A stretch of DNA of 47,637 bases, taken from the NCBI GenBank assembly GCA_902783185.1, contig CACZPQ010000098.1, positions 1 to 47,637 on the forward strand. Direction: 5' to 3'. Below, in pieces: positions 15,159 to 26,696 of this stretch. The translations under genes and the position numbers were made by a program. The stretch's first letter is position 1, and every line of letters begins with the position of its first letter. Under the pieces are notes generated by a model. It was not told where the DNA came from. It saw only the letters and a list, made by a program, of their open reading frames with translations, and did not search any database. The stretch comes from an uncultured Erysipelotrichaceae bacterium (GTDB lineage Bacteria > Bacillota_I > Bacilli_A > RF39 > UBA660).

Positions 15159-18100
15159 GTGGCATACAAAACTAAGAAATTTGGTGATCATGCCGAGAGA
15201 AGAACGTTCTCAAAAATTAACAACACTTTAGAACTAGCAGATTTGCTAGAAATCCAAAAGAAGTCTTATCAAATCTTCTTGGATGAGGGAATCAAAGAAA
15301 CATTCTCTGAACTATTTCCAGTTGAAAGTTTTACTGGTAATATTTCCTTAGAATTTGGAGATTATTACTTTGATGAACCTAGATATTCAATCAAAGAAGC
15401 TAAAGAAAGAATGGTAAACTATGCAGCACCATTAAAGGTACAAGCTAGAGTATTCATTCATGAAACAGGAGAGGTAAAAGAACAAGAAATATTCCTTGGG
15501 GATATTCCTATGATGACTGATTCTGGAACATTTATTATAAATGGTGCAGAAAGAGTTGTTGTGTCTCAACTTGTTCGTTCACCATCAATTTACTATAAGA
15601 GAGAAATTGACAAGAGTGGACGTCATGTTATCACATCAGAAGTTATTCCAAATAAAGGTACTTGGTTGGAATATGAACTTGATGCTAGAGATATATTATA
15701 TGTTAGAATTGATAGAACTAGAAAAGTTACTATTACAACATTCTTAAGAGCATTAGGTTTATCATCTGATGAAGATATTAAGAGTGTATTTGGTGATAAT
15801 GAATATATCTTAAATACATTAGATAAAGATAGTACTAAAAATACTGATGAAGCTTTGATTGAAATATATGAAAAATTAAGACCAGGAGAACCTGCAACAT
15901 TAGATTCTGCTAAAAACCAATTAATTACTAGATTCTTTGATCACTTTAGATATGATTTAGCTAAAGTAGGTAGATACAAATTTAATAAGAAATTAAATGT
16001 TGTTGAAAGATTAATTAATCAAACATTAGCAGAAGATATTAAAGATTCTAAAGGAAAAGTTGTTGTTAAAAAAGGAACATTAGTAGATAAGAATGTTCTT
16101 GAAGATATCAAGAAAGTATTTACTAAAGAAACAAATATTAAAGAAGTTAAAATTAATGAAGAGTTAGATAATTATAACAAAATCCAAACTGTTAAGATAG
16201 TTGATCCAAAGGATGCAAGAAAAGTTATTACTTTAATTGGTACAGATCAAAGTGTAACTGAAAAGAGATTAACTACTCCAGATGTTTATGCATCAATTTC
16301 ATATTACTTAGGATTACATGTTGGAATAGGTACTGATGATGAAATAGATCATTTATCTAATAGACGTGTAAGACAAGTAGGTGAACTTGTTCAAAAACAA
16401 TTTGGTGTTGGTATGTCAAGAATGGAAAGAGTAATTAGAGAAAGAATGACTACTCAAGAACTTGATAGTGTTACACCAAAAACATTAATCAATATTAGAC
16501 CTGTTACTGCAGCTCTAAAAGAATTCTTTGGTTCATCACAACTTTCAGAGTTCATGGATCAAGTAAACCCAATTTCCGAATTAACTAATAAGAGACGTTT
16601 ATCTTCATTAGGACCAGGCGGTATTTCTAGAGATAGAGCTTCATTTGAAGTTCGTGATGTTAACCCATCACACTATGGTAGAATTTGTCCAATTGAGTCC
16701 CCAGAAGGTCAAAATATCGGACTTATTACTTCTTTAGCAAGTTATGCTAAAGTAAATGAATATGGTTTTATTACAACACCATATCGTAGAGTTAAAAATT
16801 TAAAAGTAACTGATGAAGTAGAATATTTAACTGCTGATGAAGAAGCTAATTATTATATTACATCAGCAACAACACCACTTGATAAAGATGGTAAATTAAG
16901 AGATGAAAATATTATTGCTCGTTCAAATGGTGATACAGTAATGGTTAAAAGAGACCAAATTGACTTTATGGATGTTGCTCCAGCTCAAATTGTGTCTATA
17001 ACTACAAGTTGTATTCCATTCTTAGAACATGACGATGCTCGTCGTGCACTAATGGGTGCCAACATGCAAAGACAAGCAGTTCCTCTTCTTACAACTGAAT
17101 CTCCAATTGTTGGAACAGGTGTTGAATATGTTGCTGCTAAATACTCAGGATCAACTGTAACAGCAAAAGCTGATGGAGTTGTTGAATATGCAGATTCTTT
17201 AAAAATAGTAGTTAAAAATGCTAAAGGTGAAGATACTTACTATTTAGCAAATTTTGAAAGAAGTAATGCTTCAACTACAATTAATCATAGACCTTTAGTT
17301 AAAAAAGGTGATAAAGTAACTCGTGGTGAAGTTATTGCTGATGGTCCTTCAACTGATAAGGGAGAATTAGCATTAGGTAAGAATATGGTTGTTGCATTTA
17401 TGACATGTAATGGTTATAACTTCGAAGATGCTGTTGTATTAAATGAAAGATTAGTTAAAGATGATGCTTATACATCACTTCATATTGAACATTACGATAT
17501 TGAATGTCGTGATACAAAACTTGGCCCTGAAGAAATTACAAGAGATATTCCAAATGTTGGTGAAGATGCTAGAAAGAACTTAGATGCAGATGGTATTGTA
17601 AGAATTGGTACTGAAGTTAAAGATGGGGACATTTTAGTTGGTAAAGTTACTCCAAAAGGTGTTCAAGAATTAACTTCAGAAGAAAAATTATTACATGCAA
17701 TATTTGGTGAAAAAACAAGAGAAGTTAGAGATACATCTCTAAGAGTTGAACATGGTGCAGGTGGAATTATTCATGATGTTAAAATTTATACTAAAGAAAA
17801 TTCTGATGAACTTCCTGCTGGTGTTTCAAAAGTAATAAGAGTTTATATAATTCAAAAGAGAAAAATACAAGTCGGAGACAAAATGTCTGGTAGACACGGT
17901 AATAAAGGTGTTATTTCCCTTATATTACCAGAAGAAGATATGCCATATTTAGCTGATGGTACTCCTGTTGATATTATTTTAAATCCACAAGGTGTTCCTT
18001 CACGTATGAATATAGGACAAATCTTAGAATTACATTTAGGTATGGCTGGTAAAAAACTAGGTGTTAAATATGCTACTCCAGTATTTGATGGTGCGTCTCA

Positions 18101-18788
18101 AAAAGAAATCTATGACCAAATGAAAGAAGCTGGCATGGATGAAGATGGTAAGGTTGTACTATATGATGGTAAAACTGGTGATGCATTTGACAATAGAGTA
18201 TCAGTTGGTGTTATGTACATGATTAAACTTCATCACATGGTTGATGATAAGATTCATGCAAGATCAACAGGACCTTACTCACTAGTTACACAACAACCTC
18301 TAGGTGGAAAAGCACAATTTGGTGGTCAAAGATTCGGAGAAATGGAAGTTTGGGCACTATATGCTTATGGTGCTGCGCATGTACTTCAAGAAATGTTAAC
18401 AATTAAATCTGATGATGTAGTCGGACGTGTAAGAGTATATGAAGCACTAGTTAAAGGTAAAACATTAGATACTGCTGGTATTCCAGAGAGTTTCAGAGTT
18501 TTAGTTAAAGAATTCCAAGCATTAGGTTTAGATATTCAAGTATTAAATAATGATGATACTTTAGTAGATCTTAAAGATATGGAAAATGATGATGAAGATC
18601 CTGATTCATTAAAGATTGATGAATTAACTAAACTTGATGATAATAAGGAAGAAGAAATTCCTGAACCAGAAGTAATCGAAGATGAAGAAGAAATTGATGA
18701 AGAAGAAAATGAGTTTGAAGAAGGAAATTTAGATGATTTAGAATTTCCAGATGACCCTGAAGAATTAAAGGAGGATGATCTTATATGA
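15159..18788 (+). CDS. rpoB: DNA-directed RNA polymerase beta subunit
   Basis: Unmistakable RpoB sequence, for example [25 protein letters not shown]-like SQLSEFMDQ and GRHGNKGV. The GTG at 15159 is preferred over the GTG at 15150 because the SD GGGGTGA overlaps 15150. The C-terminus is an acidic tail of about 70 aa. Confidence 0.95.
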   Translation: MAYKTKKFGDHAERRTFSKINNTLELADLLEIQKKSYQIFLDEGIKETFSELFPVESFTGNISLEFGDYYFDEPRYSIKEAKERMVNYAAPLKVQARVFIHETGEVKEQEIFLGDIPMMTDSGTFIINGAERVVVSQLVRSPSIYYKREIDKSGRHVITSEVIPNKGTWLEYELDARDILYVRIDRTRKVTITTFLRALGLSSDEDIKSVFGDNEYILNTLDKDSTKNTDEALIEIYEKLRPGEPATLDSAKNQLITRFFDHFRYDLAKVGRYKFNKKLNVVERLINQTLAEDIKDSKGKVVVKKGTLVDKNVLEDIKKVFTKETNIKEVKINEELDNYNKIQTVKIVDPKDARKVITLIGTDQSVTEKRLTTPDVYASISYYLGLHVGIGTDDEIDHLSNRRVRQVGELVQKQFGVGMSRMERVIRERMTTQELDSVTPKTLINIRPVTAALKEFFGSSQLSEFMDQVNPISELTNKRRLSSLGPGGISRDRASFEVRDVNPSHYGRICPIESPEGQNIGLITSLASYAKVNEYGFITTPYRRVKNLKVTDEVEYLTADEEANYYITSATTPLDKDGKLRDENIIARSNGDTVMVKRDQIDFMDVAPAQIVSITTSCIPFLEHDDARRALMGANMQRQAVPLLTTESPIVGTGVEYVAAKYSGSTVTAKADGVVEYADSLKIVVKNAKGEDTYYLANFERSNASTTINHRPLVKKGDKVTRGEVIADGPSTDKGELALGKNMVVAFMTCNGYNFEDAVVLNERLVKDDAYTSLHIEHYDIECRDTKLGPEEITRDIPNVGEDARKNLDADGIVRIGTEVKDGDILVGKVTPKGVQELTSEEKLLHAIFGEKTREVRDTSLRVEHGAGGIIHDVKIYTKENSDELPAGVSKVIRVYIIQKRKIQVGDKMSGRHGNKGVISLILPEEDMPYLADGTPVDIILNPQGVPSRMNIGQILELHLGMAGKKLGVKYATPVFDGASQKEIYDQMKEAGMDEDGKVVLYDGKTGDAFDNRVSVGVMYMIKLHHMVDDKIHARSTGPYSLVTQQPLGGKAQFGGQRFGEMEVWALYAYGAAHVLQEMLTIKSDDVVGRVRVYEALVKGKTLDTAGIPESFRVLVKEFQALGLDIQVLNNDDTLVDLKDMENDDEDPDSLKIDELTKLDDNKEEEIPEPEVIEDEEEIDEEENEFEEGNLDDLEFPDDPEELKEDDLI

Positions 18789-21700
18789 TGGATGTAAATA
18801 ATTTTAAAGGTATAAGAATATCTATAGCTTCTCCTGAAAAGATTAGGGAATGGTCTTATGGTGAAGTAAAAAAACCAGAAACTATTAATTATCGTACTCA
18901 AAAACCTGAAAGAGATGGATTATTCTGTGAAAAAATCTTTGGACCATCTAAAGATTATGAATGTTCATGTGGTAAGTATAAAAGATTAAGATATAAAAAT
19001 GTAGTATGTGATAGATGTGGTGTTGAAGTTACATCTTCTAAAGTAAGAAGAGAAAGAATGGGACACATCGAACTAGCAGCACCATGTTCTCACATCTGGT
19101 TCTTTAAAGGTATTCCTTCTAAAATGGGACTTGTTCTTGATATGTCTCCAAGAGATTTAGAAGAAGTAATTTATTATGTATCATATATCGTAATTGATCC
19201 TGGTAAAGCCCCTTTAGAAAAAAAGCAAACATTATCTGACAAAGAATATAGAGCATATTATGAAAAATATGGTGATTTATTTAAAGTTGGTATGGGTGCT
19301 GAAGCTATTGAAACTTTACTTAAAGAAGTAGATTTAGATAAAGAAATTGAAAATATTAGAAAAGAATTAGAGGATGCTACTGGACAAAAGAGAATTAGAC
19401 TTGTTAAAAGACTTGATTGTTTAGTATCATTCAAAGAATCAGGATATAAACATGAATGGATGATTTTAAATGCACTTCCAGTAATTCCACCTGATTTAAG
19501 ACCTATGATTCAACTTGATGGTGGTAGATTTGCTACATCTGATTTAAATGATTTATATAGAAGAATTATTAATAGAAATAATCGTCTTAAAAAATTATTA
19601 GAATTAGGTGCTCCTACAATTATCGTTCAAAATGAAAAAAGAATGCTTCAAGAAGCTGTTGATTCATTATTTGATAATGGTAGAAGAGGTAGAAGTGTTA
19701 CTGCAGCTGGTAATAGACCATTAAAGAGTTTATCTTCAATGTTAAAAGGTAAACAAGGACGTTTTAGACAAAACTTACTTGGTAAACGTGTTGATTACTC
19801 TGGTCGTTCAGTTATTGCTGTAGGTCCAGCTCTAAAAATGTATCAATGTGGTCTTCCAAAAGATATGGCTTTAGAATTATTTAAACCACATGTAATTCAT
19901 GGCCTAGTTGAAAGAGGACTTGCTCATAACATTAAAGGAGCTAAAAAATTAATTGATAATAAAGATGAATGTGTATGGGATATAGTTGAAGATGTTATTA
20001 CTGAACATCCAGTATTATTAAACCGTGCACCAACTCTACATAGACTTGGTATTCAAGCATTCGAACCAGTACTTATTGGTGGTAAGGCAATTCGTCTTCA
20101 CCCAATGGTTTGTGCTGGATTTAATGCAGACTTCGATGGTGACCAAATGGCAATCCATGTACCTTTGTCAGAAGATGCTAAAGCTGAAGCTAGAATATTA
20201 ATGCTTTCTGCTAATAACATTTTATCTCCAAAGGATGGAACACCAATTGTTACTCCATCACAAGATATGGTATTAGGAAACTATTACATAACTATTGAAG
20301 AAGAAGGACTTGAAGGAGAAGGAAATGTTTATAAAAACTCTAATGCTGCATTAATGGCATATGATAGAGGTGACATTACTCTTCATACAAGAATTGCTAT
20401 TCCAGTAAATTCATTTAAACATAAAGTATTTACTGATGAACAAAAAGATATGTATTTAGTTACTACTGTAGGTAAAATTAAATTTAATGAAATATTACCT
20501 GATTCATATCCATTTGTTAATGAACCAAGTAAAGAAAACTTAGAAGGTATTACACCAATGAAATATTTCTTACCAATGGGAACAGATATTAAGAAGGCTA
20601 TCAAAGAAATGCCACTAACTGAACCATTTGTTAAGAAAACATTAGTTAATTTAACATCTCAAATATTTAAGAGATATAAAACTACTGAAACATCTATAAT
20701 GCTAGATAGATTAAAAGATTTAGGATTTAAATATTCTACAATTTCTGGTATATCTATCTCAATGAGTGATGTTATTACATCATCAATTAAAGAAGATGTT
20801 ATTAATACTACTCAAGAAAAAGTTGATAAGATTAACAAACAATTCCAAAGAGGTTTAATTACTGATGAGGAAAGACATAATGCTGTTGTTGATGCTTGGG
20901 CTAAAGCAAAAGATGATGTTTCTGATGAGTTAAAGAAATTAGCTAAAGAAGATAAGAAAAATCCAATTCTAATTATGATGAATTCTGGAGCCCGTGGTTC
21001 TATTGACCAATTTACTCAGTTATCTGGTATGCGTGGTTTAATGGCAAAACCTAATGGTGAAACTATTGAAATTCCAGTTAAATCTAACCTTATTGAAGGT
21101 GCAGATGTTACTGACTTCTTCTTAGGAGCACACGGAGGTAGAAAAGGTACTGCCGATACTGCCCTTAAGACAGCTGACTCTGGTTACTTAACTAGACGTT
21201 TAGTTGAAGTTGTTCAAGATGTTATCGTTAGAGAAGCAGATTGCGGAACAATGGGTGGAGTTGAAGTTGGAGATTTACTAAATGATAATGGTGAAGTTAT
21301 TGAACCATTAATCGATAGAATAGTTGGTAGATATACTGCAACTAAAGTAATTGATCCAAATACTAAGAAAACAATTTTAGAAAGAAATGAATATATTTCT
21401 GATAGTATTGCTAAGAAGATTGTTAATGCTGGTATAACTAAGATTAAAATTAGATCAGCACTTGCATGTAACTCAGTAAATGGTGTATGTCAACATTGTT
21501 ATGGTAGAAACTTAGCAACAGGTAATGTTGTTGAAGTAGGTGAAGCTGTTGGTATTATGGCTGCTCAATCAATTGGTGAACCAGGTACTCAGTTAACACT
21601 TCGTACATTCCACAGTGGTGGTGTTGCCGGTGGTGAAGATATCACTCAAGGTCTTCCACGTGTTGAAGAGTTATTCGAAGCAAGAAATCCAAAAGGTAAA

Positions 21701-22441
21701 TCAACAATTTCTGAAATTAGTGGTAAAGTTACTAAGATTGAAGATAATAATGGTAGATATAAAATTACTGTTAAAAATGATATTGAATCTAAAGAACATA
21801 ACACTAATTACAATGCTAAATTATGTGTAGAAAAAGGAAGTGTTGTTAAAGCTGGAGATAAATTAACTTATGGTTCTATATCTCCAAAAGAATTACTTGC
21901 TGTAACAGATCCAATAACTGCACAAATGTATATTGTTAAAGAAATTCAAAATGTTTATAAATCACAAGGTGTTGATGTTTCTGATAAACATATTGAAGTA
22001 ATTGTTAAGAGAATGGTATCTAAAGTTAAAGTTCTTGATGGTGGAGATACAACATTAGTTCCAGGTTTAACTGTATCATTAAAAGAATTTGCTGATACAA
22101 ATAAACCAATATTACTAGAAGGTAAAGTTCCAGCAACTGGTCTTCCAATAATGCTTGGTATTACAAAAGCATCTCTTGAAACAGATTCATTCTTATCTGC
22201 TGCATCATTCCAAGAAACAACTAGAGTATTAACTGAAAGTGCAATTAAAGGTAAGACAGATATGTTAAGAGGTCTAAAAGAAAACGTTATTATTGGTAAA
22301 CTTATTCCTGCTGGTACAGGTGCTAAAGAATATTCTGATGTTGGTATTGAACTTCAAAAAGAATTCTTATCTGATGATGCATCTGAAATCTTAGAAGAAC
22401 AATTATTAGATGATTTAAAAGAAGATTTAGTTGAAGACTAA
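18785..22441 (+). CDS. rpoC: DNA-directed RNA polymerase beta' subunit
   Basis: Zn-finger CSCGKYK...CDRCGVEV, catalytic [10 protein letters not shown], and a trigger-loop region. The ATG overlaps the rpoB TGA (ATGA). Confidence 0.95.
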   Translation: MMDVNNFKGIRISIASPEKIREWSYGEVKKPETINYRTQKPERDGLFCEKIFGPSKDYECSCGKYKRLRYKNVVCDRCGVEVTSSKVRRERMGHIELAAPCSHIWFFKGIPSKMGLVLDMSPRDLEEVIYYVSYIVIDPGKAPLEKKQTLSDKEYRAYYEKYGDLFKVGMGAEAIETLLKEVDLDKEIENIRKELEDATGQKRIRLVKRLDCLVSFKESGYKHEWMILNALPVIPPDLRPMIQLDGGRFATSDLNDLYRRIINRNNRLKKLLELGAPTIIVQNEKRMLQEAVDSLFDNGRRGRSVTAAGNRPLKSLSSMLKGKQGRFRQNLLGKRVDYSGRSVIAVGPALKMYQCGLPKDMALELFKPHVIHGLVERGLAHNIKGAKKLIDNKDECVWDIVEDVITEHPVLLNRAPTLHRLGIQAFEPVLIGGKAIRLHPMVCAGFNADFDGDQMAIHVPLSEDAKAEARILMLSANNILSPKDGTPIVTPSQDMVLGNYYITIEEEGLEGEGNVYKNSNAALMAYDRGDITLHTRIAIPVNSFKHKVFTDEQKDMYLVTTVGKIKFNEILPDSYPFVNEPSKENLEGITPMKYFLPMGTDIKKAIKEMPLTEPFVKKTLVNLTSQIFKRYKTTETSIMLDRLKDLGFKYSTISGISISMSDVITSSIKEDVINTTQEKVDKINKQFQRGLITDEERHNAVVDAWAKAKDDVSDELKKLAKEDKKNPILIMMNSGARGSIDQFTQLSGMRGLMAKPNGETIEIPVKSNLIEGADVTDFFLGAHGGRKGTADTALKTADSGYLTRRLVEVVQDVIVREADCGTMGGVEVGDLLNDNGEVIEPLIDRIVGRYTATKVIDPNTKKTILERNEYISDSIAKKIVNAGITKIKIRSALACNSVNGVCQHCYGRNLATGNVVEVGEAVGIMAAQSIGEPGTQLTLRTFHSGGVAGGEDITQGLPRVEELFEARNPKGKSTISEISGKVTKIEDNNGRYKITVKNDIESKEHNTNYNAKLCVEKGSVVKAGDKLTYGSISPKELLAVTDPITAQMYIVKEIQNVYKSQGVDVSDKHIEVIVKRMVSKVKVLDGGDTTLVPGLTVSLKEFADTNKPILLEGKVPATGLPIMLGITKASLETDSFLSAASFQETTRVLTESAIKGKTDMLRGLKENVIIGKLIPAGTGAKEYSDVGIELQKEFLSDDASEILEEQLLDDLKEDLVED

Positions 22442-22470
22442 GTCTTTTTTTTATTTTTTATTAAAGTTAC

Positions 22471-22560
22471 ATCTTTTTTAAATTTATTAATTATAGTATA
22501 ATAATTATAAGAAAGTAGAAGATAGTATGAAGAATTTGAAATATTTATTTATAATAGGAT
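22471..22560 (+). repeat. promoter/5'UTR/signal-peptide cassette, copy 1
   Basis: atcttttttaaatt...atagtataataattataagaaagtagaagatagtatgaagaat... is near-identical to 23448-23540. Confidence 0.7.
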
Positions 22561-23438
22561 TATTATTACCATTTTGTGTTTATGCCAAAGGATATGAAAT
22601 AGTATCAGGTGATTTAGATACCGTTGGTTCAATAGTAAAAATAGATTCAGAAGAATTTTATGTAATTGGAAAAGAAGATGATACTCACATAAAATTATTT
22701 GCTAAGTACAATTTAGCTATTGGCTCAGGATTTGACACTTACACTTATAGACAAAGTCCCTTGACAGAACCGCAAAAAGATTCAAACAATGATTTATATT
22801 ATAACGGGGTTTTAAAATTTTCTGAAAATGAATATTGGAAAGATGAAAATGGTAATATTTTAGATAAATATAATAAATCTGAAGGAGATTTTACATATGT
22901 ATATGATGAAAATTCTAATTATTATAATCATTTGAATAAATATGTTGAATACTTGAACAGTAATGGTGTGTGTACTACGGGAAGGTTAATAGATTATAAA
23001 GATTTACATTCTCTTGGTTGTGTTGATAATTGTAGAAGTTGTTTAATGAGTGGAATGGTATATGGGTGTTATTATGCACCAGAATGGGTAACCAATACAT
23101 GTTACTATACCGGGGATGCTGATTATGAACAGAATCATGAAGTTGTAGGTGTGTTTGGAGGATATTCATGGACGTCAAATATTTTATATAATACCTATTA
23201 TGGATTGAGACCAGAAATTATATTAAATTTGAATTGTCCTCAAAAAGAAACAAATGAAGAAGAACAACAAACTAATGAACCAATAAATGAAGTAAAAGAA
23301 GAATCTAATAGTGAAGTAGTATATGAAAATCCACCAACAGGTGCATTTGTATCAATAATTGCATTAATAATACTAATTGTTAGTTCAATACTTATAATTA
23401 TATATTTAAAAAAGAAATCAGTAATAAAGAAGATATAA
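22527..23438 (+). CDS. sortase-anchored surface protein with a lectin-like GxRP module
   Basis: Signal peptide, a Cys-rich region, then ...YYGLRPEIILNL. An acidic linker follows, then NPPTGAF + TM + KKKS. Confidence 0.7.
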   Translation: MKNLKYLFIIGLLLPFCVYAKGYEIVSGDLDTVGSIVKIDSEEFYVIGKEDDTHIKLFAKYNLAIGSGFDTYTYRQSPLTEPQKDSNNDLYYNGVLKFSENEYWKDENGNILDKYNKSEGDFTYVYDENSNYYNHLNKYVEYLNSNGVCTTGRLIDYKDLHSLGCVDNCRSCLMSGMVYGCYYAPEWVTNTCYYTGDADYEQNHEVVGVFGGYSWTSNILYNTYYGLRPEIILNLNCPQKETNEEEQQTNEPINEVKEESNSEVVYENPPTGAFVSIIALIILIVSSILIIIYLKKKSVIKKI

Positions 23439-23447
23439 ATTAATTTA

Positions 23448-23540
23448 TATCTTTTTTAAATTAAATAAATATAGTATAATAATTATAAGAAAGTAGAAGG
23501 ATAGTATGAAGAATATGAAATATATTTATTTATCAATAAT
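23448..23540 (+). repeat. promoter/5'UTR/signal-peptide cassette, copy 2
   Basis: See 22471-22560. Confidence 0.7.
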
Positions 23541-26430
23541 TGGATTATTATTTTTAGTATTAATACCATTTAGTGTACAAGCAAAAGATATTGAAGTAAC
23601 TAATGTTGAAGTACTAGAAAAAAATCATTATGTAAGTGAAGTAAATAGTCCAAGTATAAATGAAGATAAAATAGACTTTAATTTAAAATTTGAAGATTAT
23701 GAGCAATATATAACATATAAAATAACAATAAATAACAATTCATATTATGATTATACATATGAAATAAATAAAAAAGATGAAAGTATAATTAAATATGAAA
23801 TATTAGATGAAGAAAATAAAATAAACTATAGTAGTACAAAAGATATAGTATTAAAAGTATGGTATAAAGAAGAAATAAATGAAGAATTATATAATGACAA
23901 TAAATATAATATAGAAGATAAAATAGAATTAAAGTTTAGTGGACCAGAAATAACATCAGTAGATACAATAGAGGAACTAAAAAAAGCAATAGAGAACCCA
24001 GAAACAGGAGCATTTTTCTCAATAATAATAGCATTAATAGTATTAATAATAAGTATAATAGTATATAAAAAAGCAAAGTCTTTATCAAAATTTAAACATT
24101 TTATATGGTTAATATTATTAGTACCAGTAATAGTATTAGCAAGTAGTAATACAATTAGTATATACTTAAACTTTAATATTGAACTTGATAAGCCAACTAG
24201 AGCAATACTAATGTATAGTGGTAATGTTAATTCAAGAATGATGCAATTAGCTGGTGGTAATGACAAAATCGTAGCTATTAAAAGAAGCTTTGAAAAAAAT
24301 GATAATGCAGTTGAAGTTCAAAATATGGAAAACTATAGTGATCCATCTAGTTATTCAGTAACACCATCAGAATATAAAATATATATGTGGTATGATGAAA
24401 CTCAAAAAACAATATATTATTATTCTGATGCAGTAAGAGTATTATATCATCCAAGTGGATCAGGTTTTTATAATAATTTAACTAATTTACAAGAAATAGA
24501 TGATATAAAAACAGATATATTATATTATGCATCATATATGTTTAATGGAGCATCATCTGGTTTAGAGAGTGTATCATTAGATTTATCTAATTGGAATATG
24601 AAAAATGTTGCTTCAGTTAATGAATTATTAGCTCATTTTGGAAAAGATACCAAAAATATTGAAATAACTGCTAATGACTGGGAATTTAATAACATTAAAG
24701 ATAGAAATGGAAGTTATATTTTTGCATATTTAGGGGAAGCATCAGAAATTGGTAAAGTAGATAAAATAACAATAAATGCTAATAATTGGAAAATAGGTGG
24801 TAATTGTTATAATCCTGAATTTTACGAATATAATGGTGTTATATATTATTCCTCGCAAGGAGCTATACATGATGTATTTTATTATATAGGAAGTAATGCA
24901 TATAATGTCAAAATAAGTGCTAAAAATTGGAATCTAGAAAATCAAACGTCATTGTATGAATTGTTTTATGGTACAGGAAATGATACTTATCAAAATTTAG
25001 AACTTGATGTATCTGGACTTAATGCTCCAGAGGCTTTAACAATACAAAAAGCTTTTATTAGTACTGCTCAAGATCCTTATTATGGAAGTGAAGAAAGAAA
25101 TTTAAATGTCAAAATTAATGTAAGTAATTGGAATTTACCAAAGGTTGTTGATTATAATATGGCATTTATGCAAGTAGCCGAATATGGTATAAATGAATTA
25201 GAATTACTAGGTTTAGATACTTGGGATGTATCTAATGCTAAAAATATGAATGCAATGTTTTATTATTTAGGATTGGATGCTAAAAAAGTAAAATTTAGCG
25301 ATATAAATAACTGGGATGTATCAAATGTTGAAGACATGGCTCAATTATTTAATGATGCGTTTAAGGAATGTGAGGAATTAGAATTAAATCTTTCAAATTG
25401 GGATGTTTCGAATGTTAAAAATATTGGTGGTGCTTTTGGCTATGTTGGTAGTAATAGTAGAAACGTTAATATTAATGTTTCTAATTGGAATTTATCCGGT
25501 ATAGAGTCTTGGAATGGTAATTTATTTAATAATGTTGGTGAAAATGCTGAAAATTTAACTTTTAAAGCCGATAATCTTAAATTTAATACTACAACATCGA
25601 TAAGCGGGATATTCTCATCGCTTGCATATAATGCTAACAATGCTGATATTAGTATTTCAAATTTGAAAGCAAGCAATAATCTACAGTCTATTTTAGGTGG
25701 TCTTGGTGCAAATGCCAAAAGTATTGATTTAAATATATCAAATTGGGATTTAACAAATGTAACTGTCAATAATATCATTGGATCACCACTCACTAATACA
25801 CTTAATGTTAATATTAATATGTCTAATTGGAAAATAAATAGTAATACAAGAATTGATTCTCTATTTAGTTATCTTGAAGGATTAAATGTAGTCTTTAATC
25901 TTGATGCATCAAATTGGGATTTAGGTGATGCAACAAGTTTAAGTAAATTATTTAAAAGTACAGCACAAAAAGTCCATTCATTGAAACTTGATTTATCTGG
26001 ATGGGATACATCAAATATTACAGATATGTCAGAAATGTTTAATTATGCATTTAATAATAGATGGTTTACAGTTACTTATGATAGACCATATGCTCCACCT
26101 ACATATCATTATTATGAAGGTGATGTAGAACCAACAATTGAAATAATAGGTATAGATAAATGGGATGTATCAAATGTTACCACTATGGAATATATGTTTA
26201 GTAATTCATTCAAGTATTTTAAAAACTTAAAATTAGATTTAAGTTCATGGAATATTTCTAATTTAACTAATGCTAATTATATGTTTAGTTCCTTTGGACA
26301 ATACACAATAGGTGATAAAGGATTTGAATTAAATTTAAGTGGATGGAATATAAACGGTATTGCAAATAAAACAGATATTTTAAATAATATTGGTAATGGT
26401 TCATCACGTGCAAATGTTATTACAACATAA
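23506..26430 (+). CDS. large surface protein: N-terminal domain + internal NPETG sorting signal + second TM + DUF285/BspA-like repeat region
   Basis: Signal peptide, then NPETGAF-TM-KKAK at aa 164-191 and a second TM at aa 197-212. More than 15 repeats of the L(D/N)LSNW(D/N)(V/T)SNV.(N/D)M..MF type follow. Confidence 0.8.
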   Translation: MKNMKYIYLSIIGLLFLVLIPFSVQAKDIEVTNVEVLEKNHYVSEVNSPSINEDKIDFNLKFEDYEQYITYKITINNNSYYDYTYEINKKDESIIKYEILDEENKINYSSTKDIVLKVWYKEEINEELYNDNKYNIEDKIELKFSGPEITSVDTIEELKKAIENPETGAFFSIIIALIVLIISIIVYKKAKSLSKFKHFIWLILLVPVIVLASSNTISIYLNFNIELDKPTRAILMYSGNVNSRMMQLAGGNDKIVAIKRSFEKNDNAVEVQNMENYSDPSSYSVTPSEYKIYMWYDETQKTIYYYSDAVRVLYHPSGSGFYNNLTNLQEIDDIKTDILYYASYMFNGASSGLESVSLDLSNWNMKNVASVNELLAHFGKDTKNIEITANDWEFNNIKDRNGSYIFAYLGEASEIGKVDKITINANNWKIGGNCYNPEFYEYNGVIYYSSQGAIHDVFYYIGSNAYNVKISAKNWNLENQTSLYELFYGTGNDTYQNLELDVSGLNAPEALTIQKAFISTAQDPYYGSEERNLNVKINVSNWNLPKVVDYNMAFMQVAEYGINELELLGLDTWDVSNAKNMNAMFYYLGLDAKKVKFSDINNWDVSNVEDMAQLFNDAFKECEELELNLSNWDVSNVKNIGGAFGYVGSNSRNVNINVSNWNLSGIESWNGNLFNNVGENAENLTFKADNLKFNTTTSISGIFSSLAYNANNADISISNLKASNNLQSILGGLGANAKSIDLNISNWDLTNVTVNNIIGSPLTNTLNVNINMSNWKINSNTRIDSLFSYLEGLNVVFNLDASNWDLGDATSLSKLFKSTAQKVHSLKLDLSGWDTSNITDMSEMFNYAFNNRWFTVTYDRPYAPPTYHYYEGDVEPTIEIIGIDKWDVSNVTTMEYMFSNSFKYFKNLKLDLSSWNISNLTNANYMFSSFGQYTIGDKGFELNLSGWNINGIANKTDILNNIGNGSSRANVITT
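24540..26400 (+). repeat. array of degenerate ~25-30-aa DUF285 / 26-residue surface-protein repeats (coding)
   Basis: The motif NW(N/D)(V/L/T)SNV...M(F) recurs throughout the translation. Confidence 0.7.
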
Positions 26431-26444
26431 AAGATTTAAATTTA

Positions 26445-26473
26445 TTTACAATAATATTAAAAAATGCTATAAT
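26445..26473 (+). promoter_or_regulatory. sigma-70-type promoter of the T-box operon
   Basis: TTTACA (26445-26450), 17-nt spacer, TGcTATAAT extended -10 (26465-26473). Confidence 0.6.
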
Positions 26474-26493
26474 TTACTTGTATTTCGAATGTA

Positions 26494-26690
26494 TTTAAGA
26501 GGAGTATTAAAATAATTATTCAAAGAGAATTAGTGGTTGGTGGAAACTAATAATAATGTTTTAAGAAGGTTGCTTAAAGAGAAATAATCGAATATAACTC
26601 GTTACGTTATAAAGAGTATGATATAAATCATAAATTAAGGTGGTACCGCGGCTTTAGTCGTCCTTTAGTTTATGATTTTTTTATTGAGGT
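26494..26690 (+). promoter_or_regulatory. T-box riboswitch leader with a Val (GUU) specifier
   Basis: The Stem I lower helix is tttaag (26494-99) / cttaaa (26573-78). AGTA is at 26503-06, the AGAGA bulge at 26524-28 and the distal loop ggttggtggaa. The specifier loop is ...GAA-g-GTT-g (GTT at 26569-71). The T-box motif aattaaGGTGGTACCGCGg is at 26631-52. The terminator arms are aaatcataaa.. and ..tttatgattt, followed by a T-run. Confidence 0.85.
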
Positions 26691-26696
26691 GAAATT

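Noticed and set aside
18536-18901. 121-aa minus-strand ORF (Ser-rich) across the rpoB/rpoC junction.
   Set aside because: It is the antisense shadow of the GAA/GAT-rich acidic tail of rpoB. The same reasoning applies to 15541..15747, 20383..20604 and 21615..21830 inside rpoB/rpoC.
23826-24266. 146-aa minus-strand ORF, together with 25440..25793 (117 aa), inside the DUF285 gene.
   Set aside because: These are antisense or out-of-frame shadows of a long repeat-containing ORF in AT-rich DNA, with no RBS. The same applies to 22975..23178, 27978..28268, 28484..28795, 30098..30403, 36643..36873, 36863..37090, 38128..38346, 41867..42073, 44772..45017 and 46502..46684.
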